In this document: positions 40,711-50,118 of the stretch, in pieces
Numbering within the stretch: the first letter of the stretch is position 1
Layout: each line of letters starts with the position of its first letter
From: a virus
Lineage: Duplodnaviria > Caudoviricetes
Strand: one strand, 5' to 3'
DNA: 64,000 nt
IMG/VR virus record: IMGVR_UViG_3300020050_009224
Location: 1-64,000 of that record
Notes under the pieces: model-generated
Told to the model about the DNA's origin: nothing
Databases searched by the model: none
Seen by the model: only the letters and a program-made list of their open reading frames with translations
Translations under genes and position numbers: made by a program

Positions 40711-40874
40711 TATTTCAAACTTTTAAGATAAGCTTTTTTCATTTCTTTATAAACTACTGATGCTCTGAATTTATCAACTGTTGAAGGTTGTAATTTAGTT
40801 TTAACTACTACGTCAAAAGCATCTCTCTTAAAGTAACTTGGTGTACTTGTGTAAAAATTAATAAGTGTTTTCAT
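40710..40874 (-). CDS. Hypothetical 54-aa protein (not in ORF track)
   Basis: MKTLINFYTSTPSYF...KSLK*; start and stop overlap both neighbours. Confidence 0.55.
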   Translation of the reverse strand: MKTLINFYTSTPSYFKRDAFDVVVKTKLQPSTVDKFRASVVYKEMKKAYLKSLK

Positions 40875-41134
40875 TTGTTTTCTTCTATATAAGTTTTTAA
40901 TTGGTTTATCATGTCAGTTAGTGCATAATATATATCTATATCATTTTCTACTGTTTTATCTTTGATTAAAATATCTCCATTAGGTTTTACTTCTAAAATT
41001 ACCTTACCCTCTTTTTTTATCAGTACAGGTGTTTCTTCTAGTATGTTAAAATACATAGAGTAAAACTGCTTAGAGTCTTCTTCTAGATTATCCTTCTTTT
41101 TCTTCATCTTCTTGCAATTTACACCAAGCTTCAT
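40871..41134 (-). CDS. Hypothetical protein
   Basis: 87-aa ORF. Confidence 0.5.
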   Translation of the reverse strand: MKLGVNCKKMKKKKDNLEEDSKQFYSMYFNILEETPVLIKKEGKVILEVKPNGDILIKDKTVENDIDIYYALTDMINQLKTYIEENK

Positions 41135-41211
41135 ATCCTATTTGTGAAATAAGCTTGAGTTGTTTATCAAATTCTCTCATACATTCTTCTCCACATTTTA
41201 ATATTATTTTT

Positions 41212-42405
41212 CTATTTTCCATATGATTTCCCAGCATAGCTGAATTTATTATTTATACAAGTAATCTGTTCAACTTGAAAGTTTCCAATCTCATCTATAT
41301 TAACTAGAGCAAATCCATTTTGCCAGTTCATTTTTTCATATCTAGAAGCATAAGCAAATCCAGGAGAGTTAATATCACAAAGACATCCAATGTTAAAACT
41401 AGCTTGATCTCCTTCAAAATAAGAGCTAATTCTATGGCTATGTCCAAACATTGAAGAACATTTCATTCTAGTTAAGTGTTGCCTGCAAGGATTTACTCCT
41501 AAATAGAAGCCATGAATAATTTGAAGTTTGCCAAGTTGAACATAGTCTTCTTTCCAGTCTTCAAACACATTATAGCCTCTTTCTTCAAGTCTAAGCCCTT
41601 TGGTCGGGTTAGGTGTCACATCTGCAAAAACAGAGTTGTTAATGTCTTTGAAATGAGAAAAATATCGAGCTTCGTGGTTGCCGTATAAAAAATTCTTTTT
41701 ACAGTTCCCTTGTAGGGTGTCATCAAATAAATCTAACCATTGGTTACCTTGCTCATATTCAACGCCTAAGCTATATCCTTCCATTGGAACTTGATTCATT
41801 TCATGTTTAGATAAAGCTAACATATCTAGAAAATCTCCAAGAATTGTAAAACTTTTAATTTTACTGGAGTAATCTTCCATGAAGATTAGAATGTTAGTAA
41901 GAAGTTCAATATTTTCAAATGGTACGTGAACATCAGGTAAAACTAGGTGTAATCCTTGATCAAAAGATTTATAAGCGTCTTTTTGTTCTGATCCAATTTT
42001 ATATCCTTTGACAAAACTTTCTACACTATTTTCAGGAATTTCTTTAACATCAATAGCCAATACTGGTTTATTGAATTGATTTGGATAAAGTATTTGGTAT
42101 GTAAAAGACTGACAGTCAGTATTTGTAGTTAAAGTAGTTTTAGGCTGTGGTTCAAGAGGTAATACTTGATGAAAGTTAGTAGAATTGTATCCAAAAAAAG
42201 GCAAAGGCTTTAATTCTGCTTGATGTTTTGCTGCTTCTTTTAAAAAAGCTATTCCATCTTCTTTTAAATAGGCTGGATAATATTCTTCAACAGTCCTGCC
42301 AGATTTTCCTAAAAGTTTGCCAATTCTTTCGTAATATTGCTTTCTAGGTTCTTTTACCCGTATAGGGTTTGAGCTAAAAAAATTAAAGTAATCTTGTTTA
42401 TTCAT
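41212..42405 (-). CDS. Calcineurin-like metallophosphoesterase with N-terminal extension
   Basis: DxH (PDVH), GD (LGDFLD), GNHE, HG and GHSH motifs. Confidence 0.88.
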   Translation of the reverse strand: MNKQDYFNFFSSNPIRVKEPRKQYYERIGKLLGKSGRTVEEYYPAYLKEDGIAFLKEAAKHQAELKPLPFFGYNSTNFHQVLPLEPQPKTTLTTNTDCQSFTYQILYPNQFNKPVLAIDVKEIPENSVESFVKGYKIGSEQKDAYKSFDQGLHLVLPDVHVPFENIELLTNILIFMEDYSSKIKSFTILGDFLDMLALSKHEMNQVPMEGYSLGVEYEQGNQWLDLFDDTLQGNCKKNFLYGNHEARYFSHFKDINNSVFADVTPNPTKGLRLEERGYNVFEDWKEDYVQLGKLQIIHGFYLGVNPCRQHLTRMKCSSMFGHSHRISSYFEGDQASFNIGCLCDINSPGFAYASRYEKMNWQNGFALVNIDEIGNFQVEQITCINNKFSYAGKSYGK

Positions 42406-42435
42406 GGGTCAAATATATGGCAAAAAACTAAGAGT

Positions 42436-42816
42436 ATGGGAGAATTAACAATTTATCAAGAAAAATTAACAGATTTTGTATATATCCTGTTTGGGTTTAA
42501 CACTCCTGTAGAACAGTACGTTGGTATGGTTGAATTTCCTAATACAGATAGAGGCTGGAAATATCATTCACTTTTTGTAGATTTTTGCTTTGATTACAAC
42601 ATAGGTATTAAAAAAGGAGATTACGAGAACTGGTTAGAAATCAATTCTATACGAACTAAAAATTATGAACTCTTTCGAAATTATTCTGGTTATGTAGTAA
42701 AAGATTTACAGGGGTATGAAGTTTTAATAGGCTCTTTAGAAGAAGTAGCAAGACAAATTGTAAACATAGAAAATCCTAATAGACGTGGAAAGAAAACTAG
42801 TAAAAAAAATCCTTGA
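42436..42816 (+). CDS. Hypothetical protein
   Basis: Probable ATG start MGELTIYQ; part of a two-gene plus-strand island. Confidence 0.5.
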   Translation: MGELTIYQEKLTDFVYILFGFNTPVEQYVGMVEFPNTDRGWKYHSLFVDFCFDYNIGIKKGDYENWLEINSIRTKNYELFRNYSGYVVKDLQGYEVLIGSLEEVARQIVNIENPNRRGKKTSKKNP

Positions 42817-43165
42817 TTGGTGTATAGAATTTTATGGATCTTCGGATTTTGAAAAGAGGCCTATAAAACTCAGAACCTACAAAAAAAAGGATGTAAATTT
42901 AAGAGGTCAGTATAATTCTGGTACTGCTACCATGCTTATTTTCATAGGCTCTCATGATACTATCATAGATCTTATAAGTACTGTGATACATGAGTATACA
43001 CATTATTTACAACCTATTATTACAGCCTATGACGATTTGACTAAATACTTTGGTTTAAAAGAACACCCTTTAGAGAGAGATGCAAATACTATTGCTATTA
43101 GAGATAGATGGATTTGCTATAAGCATTTAAAACTAGAAGATCCTAGCCTAAAGAGTCAAGGATAA
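42785..43165 (+). CDS. HExxH zinc metallopeptidase-like protein
   Basis: LRGQY...TVIHEYTHYLQ...HPLERDA. Confidence 0.75.
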   Translation: MERKLVKKILDWCIEFYGSSDFEKRPIKLRTYKKKDVNLRGQYNSGTATMLIFIGSHDTIIDLISTVIHEYTHYLQPIITAYDDLTKYFGLKEHPLERDANTIAIRDRWICYKHLKLEDPSLKSQG

Positions 43166-43571
43166 GCTTAAGTCTGTTTAAACTAAGGTTAAATACTTCT
43201 TCATTTTTAAACCGAATTATATTTTTAAAGCCTAAGTCAGTTAGTACCTCAGTTCTAATCTGATCTTTAGCTAAACCTTCTTCAGTATAATGTTGAGAGC
43301 CATCTAATTCTATAACTAGATGATAATCAGGTAGATAAAAATCTACTATCCAAAACCTACCCTTGTCATAAATCACATACTGTGTCTCGTATTTAATCTC
43401 TAATCTATTTAGGTAGTAGCAAAATATATCTTCGGCCGTTGTACTAACCCAGTTTAAACTAGTTTGATACTTTTTACTAAGTGATATTAATTTAGGATAC
43501 CTGTGGTTTATATACCTTTGATACCTTAAGCACTCTTCTGTATTTGATATTTTCTCTTTGAGTTTTGGCAT
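43143..43571 (-). CDS. DUF559/Vsr-like endonuclease
   Basis: IVDFYLPDYHLVIELDGSQH...D..R...L...G...IRF.NEEV; likely ATG 43571 with TATATTTG at 43585-43592. Confidence 0.85.
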   Translation of the reverse strand: MPKLKEKISNTEECLRYQRYINHRYPKLISLSKKYQTSLNWVSTTAEDIFCYYLNRLEIKYETQYVIYDKGRFWIVDFYLPDYHLVIELDGSQHYTEEGLAKDQIRTEVLTDLGFKNIIRFKNEEVFNLSLNRLKLILDSLG

Positions 43572-43644
43572 TATAATTAAAATACAAATATATACTATAT
43601 TCCAGAACAAGTCTGGAAGAGTTTTATTTAGGAGGCGGTGCTAT

Positions 43645-43680
43645 AAAAAAACCCCATCTGAATTACCAGACAGGGTTTAT
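43645..43680 (-). terminator. Intrinsic terminator
   Basis: Hairpin (CCCUGUCUG...CAGAUGGGG) followed by a U-run, after ORF 43701..44036. Confidence 0.65.
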
Positions 43681-43700
43681 AAAGGTTTAGCTTTTTAAGG

Positions 43701-44036
43701 TTAGACAGTGCCTTCCAAATCTGCTTTAGCTGCATCCAATTTATCAGCAAGTGCTTGACGTTGTTCAGCAGTACCACCATCAGCTACAATAACTTGTAGG
43801 TCAGCGATAATCTGGTTAAGGTCAGCAATAGCTTGATCTTTTTCTGCAATCAATACATTCTTTGCTTCAATAAGTTCTGCAATCTGAGCTTGTTCCGCGT
43901 CTACAGATGCTTGCAACTCATTTACTTTTACTTCCAATTCTTCAATGCTCATAATAATTTTTTTTAAAAAGTTAATAATTTTGGTCTGGTCTTCAGAGCC
44001 AGGGGTGTGATAATGATTTATTGTAATATTAATCAT
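43701..44036 (-). CDS. Coiled-coil protein
   Basis: Heptad pattern; own TATATTTG box (44041-44048) and terminator. Confidence 0.7.
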   Translation of the reverse strand: MINITINHYHTPGSEDQTKIINFLKKIIMSIEELEVKVNELQASVDAEQAQIAELIEAKNVLIAEKDQAIADLNQIIADLQVIVADGGTAEQRQALADKLDAAKADLEGTV

Positions 44037-44130
44037 GGCACAAATATAAGTAATAGTTAGGTACTTTTTACACTATCTGTAAAATTTATTTTTGGGTAAT
44101 ATACCCCCTTCTTTTATTTAAGTACCTAAG

Positions 44131-44204
44131 TTTTGTAAGAGATGAACCTAACCCCTACTTTTATTAGAATTTTTATATTTTGTAAATTCTGAACCTAATC
44201 CCTA
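44131..44204 (+). repeat. Imperfect 27-nt direct repeat at the strand switch
   Basis: TTTTGTAAGAGATGAACCTAACCCCTA (44131-44157) and TTTTGTAAATTCTGAACCTAATCCCTA (44178-44204). Confidence 0.7.
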
Positions 44205-44274
44205 TATTCAGCCACCATCTGTCAAAAATGGGGGAAACACCCCTATCACTATTTACAATACAAAATTTAAAGTT

Positions 44275-44649
44275 ATGATTACTATCAAAGCAAAAGTTAA
44301 CCAATATCCAAAGAATGGCTCTATCATCTTTGTTTATTCAATCATGTCTAATCTGACTGACAAGAAGAAGGCAGAAGCAGAGCTCAAAGACTACGAAGAG
44401 ACACAAGGTGCTTACTTACGTAAGGATGAGGCAGGAGATATGCTTTATTACTCACAAAGAATCTGCACTACAGGTTCTGAGCTTACTAAGACTACTAAAG
44501 GCAGATACACTGTCCTTCAGGATCTTGAACAGAAAGCGGCGGAACTTGAGTCAGCTACTACTACAGGTCTTGGTAAACTCAATGCTATTCAGCAATTTTG
44601 TGGAATGTCAAGAGCCCAAATGACTGAAAGGCTAATGGCTTCATTCTAA
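44275..44649 (+). CDS. First early-region protein, hypothetical
   Basis: 124 aa, A-rich leader, followed by a hairpin (~44655-44690). Confidence 0.75.
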   Translation: MITIKAKVNQYPKNGSIIFVYSIMSNLTDKKKAEAELKDYEETQGAYLRKDEAGDMLYYSQRICTTGSELTKTTKGRYTVLQDLEQKAAELESATTTGLGKLNAIQQFCGMSRAQMTERLMASF

Positions 44650-44769
44650 GGATTTAAGAGGGAAGAGGGCCTTAACAGCTCACTTCTCTTTATACTAGTA
44701 TAAATATATCTAGTATCTAATCCCTCTACCCTCTACTAACATTCTAAAATCCTCAATAAAATTAATTTC

Positions 44770-45093
44770 ATGAATATCAAATTAACAGGTGAATCTAGTG
44801 ATTTAACTTGTAATCCAACTAGGTCTAATATGGTAGTTAAAACTTCTTTTGGTGGTTTTAAACTTGCTGAGGAGGCCACTTGGGATAATTGGAAAATGGG
44901 AATTGTATTTCCTAATGAAGAGAAAGCTCAATATTTTTTAAAGGCTTTTAATTCAAAAATGCTGGACTATAGAGATGGGATGTTAAAAGAAGATTATGTA
45001 GTACATGTAATTCATTTTAAATATCCTAAACCTGAAAGTTTATACGCAGATCAAATAACAATGACATCTGATTATATAACTGAAGAGTATTGA
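44770..45093 (+). CDS. Hypothetical protein
   Basis: 107-aa ORF with AT-rich leader. Confidence 0.65.
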   Translation: MNIKLTGESSDLTCNPTRSNMVVKTSFGGFKLAEEATWDNWKMGIVFPNEEKAQYFLKAFNSKMLDYRDGMLKEDYVVHVIHFKYPKPESLYADQITMTSDYITEEY

Positions 45094-45122
45094 TCTATGT
45101 TAAGATTTACTTAGTACTAACT

Positions 45123-45225
45123 GACTGTAACTAAAGAGAGGGTTGCCGCCACCATCTCACTTTAAGCTAGAAAGAGAGATATAGGATAGTAATCAAATAC
45201 TGTCCTATTCTCTTTAGTTATAGTC
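45123..45225 (+). ncRNA. Four-way-junction structured RNA
   Basis: 17-bp closing stem with one G.U pair, enclosing three hairpins. Confidence 0.6.
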
Positions 45226-45357
45226 TTTTAAGTTTATAATTGTTTAAACTGTTTAATTATTCAATTGATAAATTGATAAATTGTTATATTGTTAAATGAT
45301 TATAACTCTTATCAACTCTAATCAACATTTCAACAACTAAACTAATCACCAAAAATC

Positions 45358-45552
45358 ATGAAAACAGCTTACATATGCTTAATATGGTTACTCATAGTAA
45401 TACTATCACTTTCAATCCAGCCTATGATAAATGCTGGATTGCATCCTAATCTTACATTCTTATATGTATTAATTGGGCTTTGTTCTTTACTTGCTTGTCT
45501 TATTACTTGGATATTTATATCTACTGATAGTAAGGTAAATTCAAAAACTTAA
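45358..45552 (+). CDS. Small two-TM membrane protein
   Basis: 64 aa, hydrophobic. Confidence 0.55.
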   Translation: MKTAYICLIWLLIVILSLSIQPMINAGLHPNLTFLYVLIGLCSLLACLITWIFISTDSKVNSKT

Positions 45553-45706
45553 CTCTTTCCAAGATGTTGAGGACACCAGTTTCTTTGATTAAGGACACAG
45601 TATCTCATTATGTTAAAAAACAGATGATACGGCTGCATAAGACTTATTTGCTCTAACGAGAATACATTTAAGTAATAATTAATCAAAGTTTTAGGTGTAA
45701 AACACA
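45548..45706 (+). ncRNA. Repeated structured RNA motif A, copy 1
   Basis: CTTAACTCTTTCCAAGATGTTGAGGACACCAGTTTCTTTG-[variable]-CAAAGTTTTAGGTGTAAAACACA. Confidence 0.75.
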
Positions 45707-46014
45707 GTTGCAAAATTAAACTAATGCAACAAATAGTAGGTACTTGTCCTACAAATCATTTAGCTGTAGGCATATAGCTATCTAAAATAACATCAGTAAT
45801 TACTTCTACTGTTGTTAGATTATTATTCAAGACTATAAGCATCAATTAAGGTGTGTGATAGTGATTGTCTTATTATTATGTAACAAAAATTAATTGCTGA
45901 AGGATTAACTCAAAATGTAGTAAATATGAGTTAGTAGATAGGCGTTTGTTATCCTTGCATTGGGAAACATCCTATAAAAATTGCCGTTATTCTTATACCG
46001 TTATTATAAGAACT

Positions 46015-46146
46015 TAAACAACAACACAGAATGTACAGATTAGAACTCTCAATTCTAATTAACTGAAAACACCTTGAGAAAGTGTGAATAGGTTCTACAA
46101 TTAATTAAGGCTTATAACCATTAATTGTAGTATGTGTTGTTGTTTA
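46015..46146 (+). ncRNA. Multi-stem RNA with kissing loops
   Basis: 14-bp perfect closing stem; loops CUCUCAA and CUUGAGAAA share 6-bp complementarity. Confidence 0.6.
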
Positions 46147-46219
46147 TTTTACTAATGCAGCTATTGTAGTAATACAATAAGAGTCCAAAGCCTCTATAAA
46201 TGCAGATGGGTAAAATAGA
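46143..46219 (+). ncRNA. Twister ribozyme (P1 type)
   Basis: P1 UAUUUUAC/GUAAAAUA; UAA; P2 UGCA/UGCA; GC; P3 AUUGUA-GUAA-UACAAU; P4 AGAG-UCCAAAGC-CUCU; AUAAA; GAUGG. Pseudoknots T1 (CCA/UGG) and T2 (GC/GC) are intact. Confidence 0.9.
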
Positions 46220-46289
46220 GTAAACTATTCAAATCAGGTGTTCAACACTACCTATAATAAAGTGTGTTGTAAAACAAAAATTTAAAACA

Positions 46290-46472
46290 ATGTCAGAAAA
46301 AGAGTTTGACTTTCATGTAGATAATAAAATTAGTCAATTAATGAAAGCAGTAGCAGATTATCAAAATAATCCTGATAAAGCTAAAGATTATATTTTTACC
46401 ACAGTAAAAAACATAGTTAAATCTTCAAAGGAATTTGGTAAAATGACTGTTGCAGAAGAATTATTTGGTTAG
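46290..46472 (+). CDS. Hypothetical protein
   Basis: 60 aa, A-rich leader. Confidence 0.55.
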   Translation: MSEKEFDFHVDNKISQLMKAVADYQNNPDKAKDYIFTTVKNIVKSSKEFGKMTVAEELFG

Positions 46473-46558
46473 TTTATTAGTTGTAGGTAATCTATAAACC
46501 TTCATTTTTTTCATTCACTTAACAACCACTGGCAAGTTGTAATAATATGTAAAATAAA

Positions 46559-46798
46559 ATGGAACAAGAAATTACATTTGAATCACACCCTATTTCTTTT
46601 ATTCAACAACTTGAACAAGAAATAGAAGATAACCACCCTTCAAGATTAACATCAGAAGATATTGAAGATGTATCTGATAATTATCAAGCACATTTAGAAT
46701 ATAAATGGTGGAAAGATGAACAATCTGAATTAATTAAAGATTTAAAATCTCAGCTTACAAAAGAGCAATTAGAACTTTATAATCAACTTAATTCATAA
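46559..46798 (+). CDS. Hypothetical acidic protein
   Basis: 79 aa, A-rich leader. Confidence 0.6.
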   Translation: MEQEITFESHPISFIQQLEQEIEDNHPSRLTSEDIEDVSDNYQAHLEYKWWKDEQSELIKDLKSQLTKEQLELYNQLNS

Positions 46799-46847
46799 AA
46801 CATTTGAGTTTAGGGGAGATTGTATCAAACCTGAACTTATTAAAAAA

Positions 46848-46987
46848 CTTAAATAACTTTCCAAGTTGTTGAGGACACTAAGTTTCTTTGATAATAAGTG
46901 TGAAGAATCACTTTCAGGATTAAGCAGACCCAACTTTATAGTTAGCGGAGCTAAATGTATTTATCAAAGTTTTTAGTGTAAAACACA
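46848..46987 (+). ncRNA. Structured RNA motif A, copy 2
   Basis: Same ends as copy 1 with compensatory changes (AACUU-UCC-AAGUU; ACACUA/UAGUGU). Confidence 0.75.
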
Positions 46988-47524
46988 GATTCTGTATATA
47001 TCTGTTTTTTATCAAAGAAAAGAAAACTCTTTTAGAAACAAATTAGTCTCAACACAATGAGAGCCTTAAACAAACACTTGACTCTTCAGGTGATTATGAA
47101 GGTAAGTAGGGTTATTTGTTTATCCTACTAAATTTAAAGACTGGTAAACCAGCAGAATGTGGATGTTTCTGTATTATAACTCCACCTAATTGAGTTTTCT
47201 TTTTCTTCTTTCTAAACACAAACCAATAAACAAACTAAAGCTATGTACACAGGACACAAACTTACTCTTATCAACATACAATGTAGATGTAAGAGGATTA
47301 CACAATTTGTACAATTACCTACATATAATGGTAAAGCTGTACTTCATCAATCAACAAAAGAAAAAAGTAAGACAAAAAAGAATTCCTTTGTCCTGGTGGC
47401 TACTACCTTTAGAGTAGTATAAGTAGCTACTAGTATAAATACTGCTAAGTTACTACATTTTTTCCACATATTTGTCATAATACTATCATTTATTTTACAC
47501 CTGTTTAACCAAATAACTAAACTA

Positions 47525-47680
47525 ATGGCTAAATTTTTAATTTTTGTACTTCTTATCTGTTTTATTACCTCAAGTTGTTCCACATCTAAAGGTTATAACT
47601 ATAAAGCCCATCATGCTAAATCTATAAAATATAAACATAACAATGAGCATGGTAAATATATGAAATGTAAAAAACACTAA
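47525..47680 (+). CDS. Small lipoprotein (51 aa, not in ORF track)
   Basis: MAKFLIFVLLICFITSS-C lipobox; His/Lys-rich mature part. Confidence 0.55.
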   Translation: MAKFLIFVLLICFITSSCSTSKGYNYKAHHAKSIKYKHNNEHGKYMKCKKH

Positions 47681-47820
47681 AATCCCAAAACTTATGTACC
47701 AATATCTTACCACATTTGACTATGAATCAGAAGCTGAAAGAATGGACAATTCCATTTTATCTCTTAGTTCTTTAAGAACAATTGTAAATTCATTTATAAT
47801 GCCTTAAATACTCTAAAAAG

Positions 47821-48006
47821 ATGAATGAAATATCTTATTCTAAAGATTCTAAAGCTGAAAAAATGCTTAAAAAAGCAATGAAAGTAGTAGATGATTATCT
47901 AAATGCTGGATTTAAAGAAGAACGAACATTAGCTCATAACAAAGCTAAAAAACTTTATAAGGAATATTATGGAGTTGAATACAAGAATAGAGAAGAAAGG
48001 AGGTAA
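47821..48006 (+). CDS. Hypothetical protein
   Basis: 61-aa ORF. Confidence 0.55.
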   Translation: MNEISYSKDSKAEKMLKKAMKVVDDYLNAGFKEERTLAHNKAKKLYKEYYGVEYKNREERR

Positions 48007-48089
48007 ACATGCCTAAATACGACTATTCAGTTCAAGTATTAGAATCTATATATGATTATGTAGATTCATTCTTTGATTAATAAAAAAAA

Positions 48090-48191
48090 CTTAACTCTTT
48101 CCAAGATGTTGAGGACACCTAGTTCTTTGTAGCAACGCTCATGCTGTAAGTACATTAGTACTAAGTGAACAAAGTTTTGGTGTAAAACACA
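48090..48191 (+). ncRNA. Structured RNA motif A, copy 3
   Basis: Same conserved ends; shortest variable insert. Confidence 0.75.
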
Positions 48192-48421
48192 AAAAAAAGA
48201 ATAATGTACTAGAGATTCTTTCAAATTATCATCTAGGAGAATAAGTCTTTAAGGATTGTAATAATCTCAATAAAAATCAATTCTTTAACAAAAAAAGCCA
48301 GCTATGAGTGAGATCATAGTAATTTGATAGAACAGTAGAGACTTACGAAAAACGCAAGGAGGCTGTTCATTTTGCTATTCATAACCAATTCAATAACTAA
48401 AGCTGCTCACATATCAGTTAT

Positions 48422-48664
48422 ATGTGCAAAAACATGTCTTATACAACACCTTCTCCAAATCCAGAATCAAGAATTACTGTATTTGATTTTTATACAGATA
48501 ATTTTACAACACTAGATGCAGATTGCACTAAAGCTGTAGGTTATCAAGTTAAACCAAATGATATTTGGTCAATAAATATAAGAGAACATGAACTCAGAAG
48601 ATTACATGTAACCTTGACTATTATTTATTGGAGTCTTGAATCAGTTGCAAAAAGAAATTCATAA
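48422..48664 (+). CDS. Hypothetical protein
   Basis: 80-aa ORF (second Met may be the true start). Confidence 0.5.
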   Translation: MCKNMSYTTPSPNPESRITVFDFYTDNFTTLDADCTKAVGYQVKPNDIWSINIREHELRRLHVTLTIIYWSLESVAKRNS

Positions 48665-48700
48665 ACTTTGGTTAGCCTGCGATAACATCAACGGCTAACT

Positions 48701-49100
48701 ATTTTAACTTAAAAGTGCAGTATTTGATAGGCATATCGTAATACGAAATTGACTGAACAATACCTTTCTACAGAATAGGGTATAAAGTATAATTAAGCTG
48801 TGATGGCTATTATTCCTTAAATGAGGATATAGTACTCTGTGAAGAGTTAATTAATTGAACTGAAAAAACACAAATTATACATATTGTGTGATTTTACATG
48901 GACCATAAGGTGTGATAATAACGCCTGATCCTAAATATTATGTTGAGCTTAAAAAGAAGCTCAATTAGAATGTAGTAGTAATACTATGACTAAGCTCCTC
49001 AAGCCAATATTATGTGTAATCTTATCAAAGGTAGGAATACCAATAACAGTTCATAGAGGTAATGTATAATCCTCTATTTCAAGCACTTTTAATTTAAAAT
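48701..49100 (+). ncRNA. Large (~400 nt) ornate RNA candidate
   Basis: 17/18-bp closing stem, many internal hairpins, long-range pairings, no listed ORF. Confidence 0.6.
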
Positions 49101-49131
49101 AAAAACACAATAACTCTAAATAATAAAACCA

Positions 49132-49341
49132 ATGAAAGTATTTCAGTATTTCTTCATGCTATTTACAGCAGCCCTAATTTGCTTATTAACTCATTGTATT
49201 GGATATGGATTTTTAAGCAATAAAGTCTTAAATTACAATGATATCTCATTTATGGGATGGATTGGAACAATAATCTGGTATGGATTTATATTTTCTGCTG
49301 CACATGTAATGTATATGCAATACCTTGAAGAAAATAAATAA
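49132..49341 (+). CDS. Small two-TM membrane protein
   Basis: 69 aa, hydrophobic. Confidence 0.55.
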   Translation: MKVFQYFFMLFTAALICLLTHCIGYGFLSNKVLNYNDISFMGWIGTIIWYGFIFSAAHVMYMQYLEENK

Positions 49342-49520
49342 TTTTTAACGTGCTTTTTCGACACCGAAATGGTGTAAAGTAACCCAATATCTGATTATAA
49401 CTTATAATATGAGTTTAAGAAACTTTGTACCAGTAATAGCTGGAGTAATACAATATGTATTCGTAAGTCTTAGCAGTGAGGGTTATTTTTAATTCACTAA
49501 AACTATAAAACTATGAAACT

Positions 49521-49670
49521 ATGAAAATACCAACTTATGGATATTTATGCACATGTAGTAATTGTGGATGTGCATTAACAGCTAAAGTTACAATTAATCT
49601 ATATCTTGGTTCAGGTTACTATTGTAGTAATTGTAAATCAAATGTAGATAAAGAATTATATGGTAAATAA
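49521..49670 (+). CDS. Small zinc-ribbon protein (49 aa, not in ORF track)
   Basis: CSNC...CSNC. Confidence 0.55.
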   Translation: MKIPTYGYLCTCSNCGCALTAKVTINLYLGSGYYCSNCKSNVDKELYGK

Positions 49671-50118
49671 CAGATCCTTCGTACATAAAGTATTCACTAT
49701 TTTTCCCAATAGATGCGCAAATGGGTTTTTAGTGTTTAGTGAGTATATATTAATAGTAGAATGTCATCACCCTCTGTAGTGGAGGAAGAATTCAAGCTTA
49801 TTATTAGTAAGAGTCTCACACTGTTGGATCTTAAAAATGATTAATTATCAATTACCGAAAGTGGGGATTAAAATACACGGGTAATTAGTCATTTTCATTA
49901 TTCTTATTATAAGGAGAGTATTCGTAAATGATGCTTTCGTGTCTGTATTGGGGAAGCTGTGTGAAGATGCACAGCTCTCCTTATAATATGAATTATTATT
50001 CTACAAATAAAGAGATTTAATCTCATACTAAATAGTTAGAGATTTAGCTAGTATTGTTAGTTACTCGAATAATTAAATGTAATTCGAGCATTTACTAGCT
50101 AATCTCTTTATTTATAGA

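Noticed and set aside
44770-45093. C-terminal TEEY as another YEIY tag
   Set aside because: Only two of four positions match; could be chance.
47190-47583. ORFs 47190(+) and 47347(-), and other minus-strand ORFs in the early region
   Set aside because: Weak starts or orientation against local transcription; better ATG-started plus-strand ORFs overlap them (47243..47422, 47525..47680).
45548-48191. CRISPR array or diversity-generating retroelement
   Set aside because: Copies are ~1.3 kb apart, bipartite and covarying rather than regularly spaced; no cas or reverse transcriptase gene in the window.
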